A stretch of DNA of 64,000 nt from positions 15,331 through 79,330 of the forward strand of contig CAZIAH010000003.1 in assembly GCA_964537715.1 (NCBI GenBank), written 5' to 3'. This document shows positions 40,968 to 50,899 of the stretch, one piece after another (within the stretch, counting starts at the first letter, position 1; the number at the start of each line of letters is the position of its first letter). The position numbers and the translations under genes were made by a program. Origin of the DNA: an uncultured bacterium (GTDB lineage: Bacteria; Zhuqueibacterota; QNDG01; DSAB01). The notes under the pieces were generated by a model that worked only from the letters and a program-made list of their open reading frames with translations, was not told where the DNA came from and made no database searches.

Positions 40968-42812
40968 TTAAAACCAGTTCACAAGTCCGACATGCACCTT
41001 GCCGCGCAGCAAAGAATCGCCTGCTCCCAATCCGTAATCCACGCCGAACAATCCCAGACGCGTTTCGATGCGGATACCGAAACCATATCCGATTTTCGTG
41101 CCGTCGATTCTTCCTGCTTCTTTTTCCTTTCTCTGGTACATGCCTGCATCAACGAAAAGAAACACACGCGACCGCCTGCCCATCAAATAGCGATACTCAG
41201 AATTCAGCCAGGCAACCAGCGAACCCCGGAACATATCCTCGCCATACCCCCGAAGAGACCGGGCTCCGCCAAACCGGATTTGATCGCTGATCGGAATAAA
41301 GTCATCTCCGGTCTTTATTTCCGTTCCATGTATGCCAAAATAGAGTACTTGCCGCCCCCAAATCGGGAATGCTGTCTCTGCGTCGATATGAACCTGGCGC
41401 ATATCCACGTGGCGTTTCCATCCTTCCTGAAGCACGATAAAATCAGGACCCATATTTTCCTTTCGCCCAAGAGTGAGAGCCGTATAATATTGTACCCCTT
41501 TTCGAGGATTCCAGGGATCGTCCATCGTATTGTATCGAATAGAGAACGTGACTTTCCATGTGCTTGTCCGGGCCAGATCATAAAGCACACTCCCCAATGA
41601 ATCCGGTAAAACCGATCTCTGTCCCCATTTCATTCCCAGCGAAAGCGAAGACCAGGGCGCATACCGGATCGATATGCCCCAATCCCGTTCAATATAGGTC
41701 GTATCCCGAATTTCCTGCTCGAACCGGCCGCCGACGTGTAGCGGCCACTCGAACAGCCACGGTTCTTCATAACCGAAACGCATGGCCTGAGAATACGCAT
41801 CCTTTTTCTCCCAGTACACATCTAATAAACGTCCGGTACCCAAAAGATTCTGAAAAGCAAACTGAAGCCGGCCCGTCCAGTAACCCGATTTTTTTTCGGT
41901 TGGCGGCGGATTATATCCCACCACACCGTCAATTGAATTGGTGTTGCCTTCTTCCACACGGAAAGTTACGAATGCCCGATCCTGGAAAAAAGAAACATCC
42001 GGTTCCGACACCTTTCGAAAATAGCCCAATCTCTGAAGATTCTCTTTTGCGGATCGTATCTCGCGATGCCGGTATAGACTTCCCAATTTCAAACGAGTTT
42101 CTCTGAGAATAACATTGGATCGTGTGACACGGTTTCCGCGAACAGATAACCCATCGATATAAACCGGACGGCCTTTATCAATGGACACGACAATTTCCAA
42201 CCGGGGTGTGCCATTTTCATGTTCGATGGACAATTCCCGTATTTCTGCCTGACAGAGCGGATGTCCCCGGTCTTCCCAATAGGTGAGAATTTCTTCCATA
42301 TCCTGTTCGAACTGCAATGCACTAAAAACCTGGTTGATCTGCGTATTCATTAATTGTTCTATTGAATTCTGATCTTCTCTTCCAAGACCGACGAGATCAA
42401 TACGTCCGATGCGGACCTGTTTCCCTTCATGAATAGTGATGGTCAGATCGACCCGGCTGCTGTCGAAAGAATAAGTCGTGCTGAATGTATCGATTCCCAC
42501 CTCATAATACCCCTGGGTGTGATACCACTGTATCAACTTTTCGAGCGATCCATCCGGCCAGTCCGATGGCAGCGCAGTTGCTTTTTTTAGATTTAATTGT
42601 TCTAAAAGGATCTCTTTTCGAACTTGATGGTTTCCCATTAGTTCGATACGGCGGATCATCGGACGCTTCGATTGTGCAAAAATGCTCTTAGAAATAATAA
42701 TTGACAAGAACAGTATCGGCAAACAGAAAAGAAAATTTTTATTTCGAAACTGCCGCATCAGAAAAATGCCCTCACTTCCATCTGTCCGATTTGATAAAGT
42801 CGTTTGCGCCAC
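40968..42812 (-). CDS. Omp85-family outer-membrane protein (TamA-sized, POTRA plus 16-strand barrel)
   Basis: Signal peptide, POTRA-like N-terminal region, C-terminal beta-signal ...GLVNWF. Confidence 0.7.
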   Translation of the reverse strand: MAQTTLSNRTDGSEGIFLMRQFRNKNFLFCLPILFLSIIISKSIFAQSKRPMIRRIELMGNHQVRKEILLEQLNLKKATALPSDWPDGSLEKLIQWYHTQGYYEVGIDTFSTTYSFDSSRVDLTITIHEGKQVRIGRIDLVGLGREDQNSIEQLMNTQINQVFSALQFEQDMEEILTYWEDRGHPLCQAEIRELSIEHENGTPRLEIVVSIDKGRPVYIDGLSVRGNRVTRSNVILRETRLKLGSLYRHREIRSAKENLQRLGYFRKVSEPDVSFFQDRAFVTFRVEEGNTNSIDGVVGYNPPPTEKKSGYWTGRLQFAFQNLLGTGRLLDVYWEKKDAYSQAMRFGYEEPWLFEWPLHVGGRFEQEIRDTTYIERDWGISIRYAPWSSLSLGMKWGQRSVLPDSLGSVLYDLARTSTWKVTFSIRYNTMDDPWNPRKGVQYYTALTLGRKENMGPDFIVLQEGWKRHVDMRQVHIDAETAFPIWGRQVLYFGIHGTEIKTGDDFIPISDQIRFGGARSLRGYGEDMFRGSLVAWLNSEYRYLMGRRSRVFLFVDAGMYQRKEKEAGRIDGTKIGYGFGIRIETRLGLFGVDYGLGAGDSLLRGKVHVGLVNWF

Positions 42813-45800
42813 GGTTCCTTTCTGGCCCGGTAATTCAGTGTGACCATCACATGACCCGACACTTTATAGGTCATCAGAACGTTCCATCGGACTGTTCTTC
42901 CCGGCTGATCTCCTCCGAACATTTCGTAGGGCAAAGAGCGTCCCGAAGGTTCGGATCGAACTTCGCCCAATTCCAGTTCCGCACGAAGATGTCCTTTTCC
43001 TAAAAATGCGTAGCTGAATCCTGGAACGATAAAAAAGGAGACCGCTTCGGTTGTAGGACGGGGAACGAAATCCTTTGCAGTCTGGATTTTGCCCTTCAAT
43101 GCAATCTCGATTTTCTGTACGGGCCGATAGGAAGCCTCTACAGTCCAAAGATAAGATCGAATGCTTCGATCCGCATTGAATCCGCTTTGATACGTCTTGG
43201 TTTCTACATGTTTCTGGTATTCAAACAGCAACCCTATTTTTTTAAGAGGATTGCCCTTAATGCGTATTCCCTGCTCTGAAAAATGGCGAATCGTGCTCTC
43301 CTGTTCAAATTGATGGTTTTCCGAATCCTCCTGCCGGTATCTAAGTTTGATACTGTATTGACTTTTTGGGGGAGTATATTCCAGATCCTGATAATAGGAA
43401 AATAGTCCACTCACCAATGTGGTGTCTGCGCCCCATTGCGGACGAATCGCAGACCGGTTCACATGAATAAAATTCTGATCTTCATCTTTTCTTTCAATGC
43501 GAAAACGCGACAAACTTTTCAGCGAGCTGATCAATCTTAAAATTCCACGCGGTTTTTGCCACAATCTCGCGCTGTTCAAACGCAACTCCAGACCACCCTT
43601 CAATGTGTTCACAGGAAGAAAGGTTCCGGTTTGGAGAGTTCTGAAAATCACATCACCATCGGCATCGGGAACATACTCGTTCAAATATTCATCATACCGG
43701 TAATTTCCCAAACCTTCACCGACCTGAATCGTATCCTTGACCATTTGAGAAATCCGGGTGGACGAAAACTGATAGTTCAGGTTCCCATCCAAAAAGGAGC
43801 GGCCCGAGGAAAACCGCATTTTTACATCGGCCAGATCCGTTTTTTGATCTTCCTGGGAAGGATCGACATAATCCCGATTCCGGTGTGTTATCATAAAAGA
43901 TGTGGACAGATAATTCTTGCACTGCCACTCTAACTGTAGACGGTCGGTTTTGGCAAGAGAATTCTTTTCAAGAGTACTGAAAATATATTTCCGTTCGTCC
44001 CGGATCACTTCATCGATTCGAAGGCGGATCGATCGTCTTCCCAACCCAAGCTGCCCGGTCCATTCGTCGAACCGGAATCCGCTCAAAATGGAATCCGGGG
44101 ATTCCTCTTTTCGGTGTTCACCGTCATAGAGAACTACAGGATCGAAAATCCAGAATTTCGCTTTAATGGATCCGCGATGCCGAAGCCAGTATCCCCTCAA
44201 ATTGCTCCCTTTTTCGGATTCGATAAGTTCCGCTCGATACTGAATTTGTGGCAACTTTGATGGATGAAAATCGGTCTCGATCAGTTTCCGGTTCGATGAA
44301 TAATTCCCGCTCTTTTTAAAACGGCCCATTTCTCCTCGAAGAGACCACAAGTTGATGGGTTCGTAAAAAACCTCCAGCTCCTGAATCTGCTCTCCCCAGT
44401 AATCACCCTCTTCGATCCCCCACCGTCTTCCGTGTTCCACTTCGCTCATTCTGCCCAGAGACCGAAATTCGTCGTTCACCCGGTAGTATTTCGCCTCGAA
44501 ACCGAATCTTCCCAATGTCTGACCGAAAAGACCGACAGGCTGATTATTCATGCGAAGTCTGCCCTGATAGGCCAATCCGATATTATTCTGATCGTTTTTC
44601 GGAGAATAGAGATTCCGATCCTGGTCGCTCAGTGCAGCTTCACTCTCGAATATCAATCCCTTTCCGAGATCGACTGACGAAGCCACATTGAACATTTGAT
44701 GACGCTGCGCCAACGGCAGAAAAACCACCGGTGAATAATCCCCTTGTCCGGCACCTTCGTACCGATAGATGCCGTACCCCTGAAAAGAGTAATCTCCCTG
44801 TCCTTCTCCTACATACGAAAACCGGACAATATAATCTCCCTTTTCTGCACCGACATATTGATAATAGACCGCGCCCAGTGTATCGATTCGATCATAATAC
44901 CCCTGATTTTCACCCGCGTATTCCGCTCCCGAGACTCGGGCCGAATCGGAATTATCGCCGGCCTGTTCAAGCACGTTTTTATAAGTATCGGTTAAGACCA
45001 CATTTAGGGGATTGTCCTTGTCATCACCCTCCCGCAGAAAGGATGCCTTGAACCGAATGCGGTCGTTCCACAGAGTCGTATTTCCGGAAAACCCGTAAAT
45101 AGTTTTCTGAAACTGTTGATCCGAATATTCAAAATCGACCGTGATTCTCGAATCCGAAGTGACGAGTCGGTTTCGAGTAAACGTGATCTGACCGTTTCCG
45201 TATTCGATCACATAATCATTGTCTTCCCCCCGCGTCATCGGTTCTCCGTCTATCCAGACCCGTTCGGTTCCCGCAAGCACGATGATCTCCCGCTGACCTG
45301 CTGCGCCGGTCAACTGGTACGGCCCCTGATTGCCCTCCTGGCCGATAAAATGATTCGTGGTAAATTGACCCTTGGATGCCGCCACGGAAAACGAGAGAGA
45401 CCCGCGATCTGTATCGACGGTTCCCATCGCTCCCTGGAGCTTTCTCGAATAGGTTCCAAATTCCGATCCATCGACCCGATACACAAAATCCCCAAGTGTT
45501 GTTTTAAAATGAGGCATTTTAATATCGATAAAAACTTTATCAATCTCCTGAAGAGTTTGTGTATTGCCCTCGGGCTGAATAGGTGTGTTTTGGTCGGTCA
45601 GAGAAGCCACGAGTTCGACATTGGAGGCGATTTTACCCGACACCTGAAGCCGCAGTCCAGATTGAAGCCGCATCCCCTGATTTGTTCCGATGGTAATTCC
45701 CCGGAATATTGATCCGCTCGACTGCAGCTCTTCACCATAACTGGGTGTGGAAGAAAGAAGTTTGCGCACTCTTGTCTTGGGTGTTCCGGGTATGGACGAC

Positions 45801-46153
45801 AATGTATCCGAAACCTGCCAGTGGCTGTATTTCAACCGAAGATGAAAAGGAAATATCCTATAAGAGGCTGTGTAGTTTTCGCCGGAATCGGGAATCATTT
45901 TGAAAATCAATTCCCCCCGAGTGGCAGACACCTCATACGTTTGTCCATATTCGAGACGGGTATTTCCCCGGCGTAGTTCGAATGCCCCCGGTATCAGGCA
46001 TTGATGCGGAAGCACATAGACCGAATCTTTGCCATTGGTTACAATGGTCGATTCACGGAGGAGCGGATCGTAAAATCCTGGATAAGTTTGCGCAAAGAGA
46101 AAAACGGGCAGACACCATAGAAAGAACAATATGCTCAAGAAATAAGGTTTCAC
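42758..46153 (-). CDS. Large (1131 aa) secreted beta-rich outer-membrane protein of unknown function; 55-bp overlap with the downstream Omp85 gene
   Basis: Signal peptide, repeated GQGDY and aromatic-rich beta-strand patterns, C-terminus ...MEVRAFF (OMP beta-signal-like). Confidence 0.55.
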   Translation of the reverse strand: MKPYFLSILFFLWCLPVFLFAQTYPGFYDPLLRESTIVTNGKDSVYVLPHQCLIPGAFELRRGNTRLEYGQTYEVSATRGELIFKMIPDSGENYTASYRIFPFHLRLKYSHWQVSDTLSSIPGTPKTRVRKLLSSTPSYGEELQSSGSIFRGITIGTNQGMRLQSGLRLQVSGKIASNVELVASLTDQNTPIQPEGNTQTLQEIDKVFIDIKMPHFKTTLGDFVYRVDGSEFGTYSRKLQGAMGTVDTDRGSLSFSVAASKGQFTTNHFIGQEGNQGPYQLTGAAGQREIIVLAGTERVWIDGEPMTRGEDNDYVIEYGNGQITFTRNRLVTSDSRITVDFEYSDQQFQKTIYGFSGNTTLWNDRIRFKASFLREGDDKDNPLNVVLTDTYKNVLEQAGDNSDSARVSGAEYAGENQGYYDRIDTLGAVYYQYVGAEKGDYIVRFSYVGEGQGDYSFQGYGIYRYEGAGQGDYSPVVFLPLAQRHQMFNVASSVDLGKGLIFESEAALSDQDRNLYSPKNDQNNIGLAYQGRLRMNNQPVGLFGQTLGRFGFEAKYYRVNDEFRSLGRMSEVEHGRRWGIEEGDYWGEQIQELEVFYEPINLWSLRGEMGRFKKSGNYSSNRKLIETDFHPSKLPQIQYRAELIESEKGSNLRGYWLRHRGSIKAKFWIFDPVVLYDGEHRKEESPDSILSGFRFDEWTGQLGLGRRSIRLRIDEVIRDERKYIFSTLEKNSLAKTDRLQLEWQCKNYLSTSFMITHRNRDYVDPSQEDQKTDLADVKMRFSSGRSFLDGNLNYQFSSTRISQMVKDTIQVGEGLGNYRYDEYLNEYVPDADGDVIFRTLQTGTFLPVNTLKGGLELRLNSARLWQKPRGILRLISSLKSLSRFRIERKDEDQNFIHVNRSAIRPQWGADTTLVSGLFSYYQDLEYTPPKSQYSIKLRYRQEDSENHQFEQESTIRHFSEQGIRIKGNPLKKIGLLFEYQKHVETKTYQSGFNADRSIRSYLWTVEASYRPVQKIEIALKGKIQTAKDFVPRPTTEAVSFFIVPGFSYAFLGKGHLRAELELGEVRSEPSGRSLPYEMFGGDQPGRTVRWNVLMTYKVSGHVMVTLNYRARKEPWRKRLYQIGQMEVRAFF

Positions 46154-46165
46154 AAAGGAATCCGA

Positions 46166-47113
46166 TTATTTTAAGCGTACCCATTGAAAAACAAAAACAC
46201 CATTCTGTTTTTTGTCCAGAATAAACAAGCGGTCCCGCCACACTGCGACATCCACTGGCTCCACAAGTGTACACAACGGTCCAATCTGCGGACCATAACT
46301 CTTGAGAAACAAACCTGTAGATTCAAAAATGATAATCTGTTTTTTCATTGCATCCGAAACAAAGAGAGTACCATCGCGGTTCAATGCCATTCCCATCGGT
46401 TTTTCGAGTACTTTTGTCCCGATTGAAAAAAAATAGTTGCTATGCACGTCATAGACGAGGATGCACTTGCGGCCAACATCCGAAACATACACCTTTCCCT
46501 TTGATGAAACGAGTACATTTTGTGGCTGATCAAGCTGACCTTCTCCCGAGTCGAAATCTCCGAAACTCATTTGCGCTTGGCCGAACACGTCGAATTTGAG
46601 AATACGCTGATTTTCACCATCGACGCAAAAGAGTTCTCCCTGGGAGGAAATATCCACACTTTTCGGAAATCCGAACTGTAAATTCTCAGGCCACTCTTCT
46701 GAATTTTTAAGAGAAGCAAGATAGTGAAGATCCTTGTCGTAACGCTCGATGCGATTATTTTGAAAATCCGCCACGAATACATCGAGTCCGTTTTTCGCAC
46801 ATATATCCAATGGGGTATCGAACTGTTCTTTTTCCCATCCGTAACCGCCGATTTCGCTGATAAATTCTCCATTCGAATTCAGCTTCTGAATGCGCTGATT
46901 GCCCGTATCTGCAATATAGAGACATCCGCTCGGGTCCACGGAAATCCCCTGTGGAGCTTTAAATTGTGAAGGACCGTTTCCCCGCTCTCCCCAAGTCGTT
47001 AGATACTGCAGGATCGCCAATTCATCTTGAGCATGTAAAACATTAAACTGGGACAAAATAAGAATCGTGCAAAAAGACAAAATAGATCCTTGAATTTTCA
47101 TCTTTTTCCTCAC
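46166..47113 (-). CDS. NHL-repeat beta-propeller protein, secreted
   Basis: Signal peptide; repeated ...YIADTGNQRIQK.../...VSDVGRKCILVYD... NHL-type blades. Confidence 0.6.
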   Translation of the reverse strand: MRKKMKIQGSILSFCTILILSQFNVLHAQDELAILQYLTTWGERGNGPSQFKAPQGISVDPSGCLYIADTGNQRIQKLNSNGEFISEIGGYGWEKEQFDTPLDICAKNGLDVFVADFQNNRIERYDKDLHYLASLKNSEEWPENLQFGFPKSVDISSQGELFCVDGENQRILKFDVFGQAQMSFGDFDSGEGQLDQPQNVLVSSKGKVYVSDVGRKCILVYDVHSNYFFSIGTKVLEKPMGMALNRDGTLFVSDAMKKQIIIFESTGLFLKSYGPQIGPLCTLVEPVDVAVWRDRLFILDKKQNGVFVFQWVRLK

Positions 47114-47170
47114 TTGAAAATCAAAGATTTAGTTCTGTTTAAATTACAGGCTAATCATGAAATTGTCAAT

Positions 47171-47205
47171 AACAAAATAAAAAAGGCCGACTCATATGGT
47201 CAGCC
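47171..47205 (-). terminator. Rho-independent terminator downstream of hppA
   Basis: On the minus strand: GGCTGAC-catatga-GTCGGCC followed by TTTTTTATTTTGTT. Confidence 0.55.
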
Positions 47206-47229
47206 TTTGGAATAATCTTGTGGCTTTAT

Positions 47230-49533
47230 CTACAAAAGTGAAAACGCTACAGTCAATCCTGCCATCACTACCGATACCATAGACATCAGCTTGATGAGGA
47301 TGTTAAGGGACGGTCCAGAAGTATCTTTAAAGGGATCGCCCACTGTATCCCCCACAACACCTGCTTTATGGGCTTCACTGCCCTTGCCACCGTGATGTCC
47401 CTTTTCAATATATTTTTTTGCATTGTCCCAGGCACCACCGGCATTGTTCAGCATACAGGCCAGTGTGAAACCCGTTGTCAAACCACCGGCCAGCAGACCC
47501 ACAACTCCGGAAACTCCCAAAACCACACCGACAGTAACCGGAACGATAATGGCGAGAATCGATGGTAAAAGCATCTCCCTCTGCGCACCCTTTGTCGAAA
47601 TAGCAACACACTTTGCATATTCAGGTTTGGCTTTTCCGGTCATAATTCCGGGAATTTCCTTAAACTGCCGTCGAACCTCCTCGACCATGGCACCGGCTGC
47701 ACGACCCACTGCTTTCATGGTCATGGCACAAAAGACAAATGCCATCATCGCTCCAATGAAAATACCGCCTAAAAGAAGCGGATTAAACAGAGAAAGGTTA
47801 TAGGCTTCGATAAAATCTTTTACCGTTGCCGTTGCCAGTTGAACGGCTCGCTGACCTTCCTGTAAAACAGGCAGATTGTCGCGATAGAAAATGATCTGAC
47901 CAACCTGTTTGATACCTTCACCGGTGCTTGAAGCCAACTTGTCCAGCCATAATCTGACCTCTTCTAGATAGGCCGCCAACAGAGCCATAGCCGTCAGAGC
48001 AGCAGAACCGATGGCGAAACCTTTACCAGTTGCAGCTGTGGTATTTCCCAACATATCCAGTGCATCGGTTCGCTCCCGAACTTCATGAGGCAGTTTAGCC
48101 ATCTCAGCGTTTCCTCCGGCATTGTCTGCAATCGGACCGAACGCATCCGTTGCCAATGTAATGCCGAGAGTAGAGAGCATTCCCACAGCAGCAAATCCGA
48201 TTCCATAAACCCCCATCGAAAAATTGGCGAAACCTCCGGCAAAGGCAAATGCTGCGATGATGCCGATAACAATCGTCACAACAGGAATCCAGGTCGAAAA
48301 CATGCCGACTGCAATTCCGTCAATAATCGTTGTCGCAGGCCCTTGCAATGCCTGATGGGCGATTCCCCGGGTGGGTTTGTACTCATCCGAGGTGAAATAT
48401 TCAGTGCCCTGACCAATGATCACGCCCGCAACCAGACCAGCCACCACGGATCCGAAAATCCCCCAGGTGACCCAACCTATCATGGCTAAACCTGCTATTG
48501 CGGCAAGAATCAATACGGAACTGCCTCCGGTTCCGAGCAAAAGGGCGTGAAGTAAATTTTTCTGAGTTGCGGATTCTTTCGCACGCACCATAAAAATACC
48601 GACAATCGATAATATAATACCAATGGCTGCAACCAGCATCGGAGCAAGCACAGCCGTTGCCTGATCCACGCTCGCAGTCAAAGGCAAGGCCGCACCTAAC
48701 GTGGCGGTGGCGAGAATGGAACCTGCATAGGATTCATATAAATCCGCACCCATGCCTGCCACATCACCTACGTTATCGCCGACATTATCGGCAATCGTCG
48801 CGGGATTTCGGGGGTCGTCTTCGGGAATACCCGCTTCTACTTTTCCTACCAAATCCGCACCGACATCCGCGGCCTTGGTGTATATCCCTCCGCCAACACG
48901 GGCAAAAAGTGCCTGGGTCGAGGCACCCATTCCAAACGTCAGCATTGTTGCTGTGATTTCAACAAGTTTATGATGTTCAGTGGTTCCGGCATGGACAAAT
49001 GTCAAACCCATAAATTTCAGGCCCTCTGCCATGTTCTGAGATGTATAGATCAACTTTGTGAGAATCAAATACCAGAGAGAAACATCCAGTACGGCAAATC
49101 CCACTACGACCAATCCCATTACAGCACCGCTTCTGAAAGCAATTCTTAATCCTTTGTTCAAAGATTTGGAAGCACCTTGCGCCGTTCTGGCAGAAGCATG
49201 GGTCGCGGTTTTCATCCCTAAAAATCCGCAAAGTCCCGAGAAAAATCCTCCCGTCAAAAAGGCAATCGGTACGAACGGGTTTTGCACACCCGCATAGGCC
49301 AGAATGGTCAAAAGAATCAGCAGAATAATAAAAACAAGTCCCACAACCTTGTACTGACGTGTAATATAGGCCATGGCACCTTCACGGATATATTGTGCTA
49401 TTTCAGCCATGGTCTTGGTTCCTTCGCTCTCTTTCATCATTTGTTTAAAAAACACAAATGCGAAAACAAGCGCTATCACAGAACTTAAAGGCATGAACCA
49501 GAAAAAACTTTCTACCATTTTTTCTCCTTGCAA
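47230..49533 (-). CDS. hppA: Membrane-bound H+(Na+)-translocating pyrophosphatase
   Basis: [14 protein letters not shown] and other V-PPase signature motifs; about 16 TM helices. Confidence 0.9.
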   Translation of the reverse strand: MQGEKMVESFFWFMPLSSVIALVFAFVFFKQMMKESEGTKTMAEIAQYIREGAMAYITRQYKVVGLVFIILLILLTILAYAGVQNPFVPIAFLTGGFFSGLCGFLGMKTATHASARTAQGASKSLNKGLRIAFRSGAVMGLVVVGFAVLDVSLWYLILTKLIYTSQNMAEGLKFMGLTFVHAGTTEHHKLVEITATMLTFGMGASTQALFARVGGGIYTKAADVGADLVGKVEAGIPEDDPRNPATIADNVGDNVGDVAGMGADLYESYAGSILATATLGAALPLTASVDQATAVLAPMLVAAIGIILSIVGIFMVRAKESATQKNLLHALLLGTGGSSVLILAAIAGLAMIGWVTWGIFGSVVAGLVAGVIIGQGTEYFTSDEYKPTRGIAHQALQGPATTIIDGIAVGMFSTWIPVVTIVIGIIAAFAFAGGFANFSMGVYGIGFAAVGMLSTLGITLATDAFGPIADNAGGNAEMAKLPHEVRERTDALDMLGNTTAATGKGFAIGSAALTAMALLAAYLEEVRLWLDKLASSTGEGIKQVGQIIFYRDNLPVLQEGQRAVQLATATVKDFIEAYNLSLFNPLLLGGIFIGAMMAFVFCAMTMKAVGRAAGAMVEEVRRQFKEIPGIMTGKAKPEYAKCVAISTKGAQREMLLPSILAIIVPVTVGVVLGVSGVVGLLAGGLTTGFTLACMLNNAGGAWDNAKKYIEKGHHGGKGSEAHKAGVVGDTVGDPFKDTSGPSLNILIKLMSMVSVVMAGLTVAFSLL

Positions 49534-49580
49534 ATTATAAGTATGTTAAATTCTATTCTTGTCGATACCTCGAATCGTCC

Positions 49581-50366
49581 CTATCTACCAAACCCGATAA
49601 CCAATGCAGATCGCCACCATGCATAATATTTATTCTCCAAATCTTTTCGAGGTGGAAACGGATAAAAATAGAACTCCTTTTGATCACCGATGAAAATACC
49701 ATTTTTAATGGTTCTGTAGAGAATATCTCTCTGCATGGAGCGAATCACGGTTTTCGTTGTTTTGCTGCCCTGTTTTTTTAATTCTGTCAAACAGTCTATT
49801 AAATGATCAATATTGGGATATGGAAGATTGTGTACAAGAGCGGATCCCGGATCTTTGTCCAAATTATCTAGAATGAGTTCAACAAAAACCAGCTTTGGAA
49901 CCGAGACGGGATTTTTCCGGTCGGTAACGAACCGGCAAAATTCCAATGGCTTCAACCGGCTTACAATTAAAGGATTCACAGGGCTCAATTCCTGATAGAG
50001 ATGCAATTCCTCTTCATTACTTTGTGTGTATTTACTCTTACTGATTTCAAGAACGCGACCATCATCCGTGACGAGATAGAGATTTTTTAAAACATCAAGT
50101 GGAATATTTTCCAAAACGCGATAGATCGAGAGGTAAATGGATTGTTTGGGTCGTCCATCCGAATGAGGGATACATCGCTTGTCAATATCCGAAAAAGGGA
50201 AGTAACTGTTTCTGAAATTCGGATCCAATTCGAAAAACATGGCCTCCCCGCGTGTTCGTTTCTTCGTTCCCACTGCAAGATAATTTCCAAATTCCTCTGG
50301 AGGCAGCATCGAAACGATTAACGATTCTGGAATGAGCGATAAATAAAGATAGTATTTCATATACAT
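49581..50366 (-). CDS. Hypothetical protein (261 aa), immediately 3' of tRNA-Lys
   Basis: Long ORF, no recognised domain. Confidence 0.4.
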   Translation of the reverse strand: MYMKYYLYLSLIPESLIVSMLPPEEFGNYLAVGTKKRTRGEAMFFELDPNFRNSYFPFSDIDKRCIPHSDGRPKQSIYLSIYRVLENIPLDVLKNLYLVTDDGRVLEISKSKYTQSNEEELHLYQELSPVNPLIVSRLKPLEFCRFVTDRKNPVSVPKLVFVELILDNLDKDPGSALVHNLPYPNIDHLIDCLTELKKQGSKTTKTVIRSMQRDILYRTIKNGIFIGDQKEFYFYPFPPRKDLENKYYAWWRSALVIGFGR

Positions 50367-50554
50367 CCTCTTCTATTTTATCAAACTTAGAATTAATATG
50401 AACGTTATCAGGGGAAAAATATAGCTTTTTTTAATATCAAAATCAACAATAAATCTCCTATAAATACTTGGACAACGAGTTTGCAAAAAAATAAATTTGC
50501 AGGAAATTACAATAAAAAACCCAACTTTGCCAGTTGGGGATTTATTATCATTCG

Positions 50555-50627
50555 TACGCCCACCAGGAATCGAACCTGGAACCTCCTGATTAAGAGTCAG
50601 ATGCTCTGCCAATTGAGCTATGGGCGC
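50555..50627 (-). tRNA. tRNA-Lys (anticodon CUU)
   Basis: Minus-strand sequence GCGCCCA-TA-GCTC-AATTGGCA-GAGC-A-TCTGA-CTCTTAA-TCAGG-AGGTT-CCAGG-TTCGATT-CCTGG-TGGGCGT-A. The cloverleaf gives 73 nt, U33, and anticodon CTT. Confidence 0.85.
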
Positions 50628-50899
50628 AAAATCAGACAGGAATGAATACCTTGCAAATTAAATCTCGATCTGCATATTTTGTGTACGCTAATTTACATAA
50701 TATAACAAAGTTTGTCAAGTTCTTGAGGAAACTTAATATCATCATCTATAAAATCTACAGAATAGGTTTCATCATCCAGAAACAGAAGGAACGTTTCATT
50801 GATCCAATGAGTACCGACCTAAATAGAGATGGATACAATGGTAAAAATATATTTTCTCAAGGCTATATATAACCACTTTATTTCCATTGTGAATGACAG

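Noticed and set aside
40968-42812. Calling the 614-aa Omp85 bamA
   Set aside because: Its length fits TamA-like or short Omp85 proteins better than a BamA with five POTRA domains, and no skp, cdsA or uppS context is present; left as generic Omp85.
42758-46153. Calling the 1131-aa OMP TamB, LptD or SprA
   Set aside because: It has a cleavable signal peptide rather than a signal anchor and the gene order is opposite to tamAB. No OstA N-terminal jellyroll motif was recognised. It is far shorter than SprA (about 2400 aa).
50373-50612. 79-aa ORF overlapping the tRNA-Lys gene
   Set aside because: It fully overlaps a well-formed tRNA on the same strand and is a spurious ORF.
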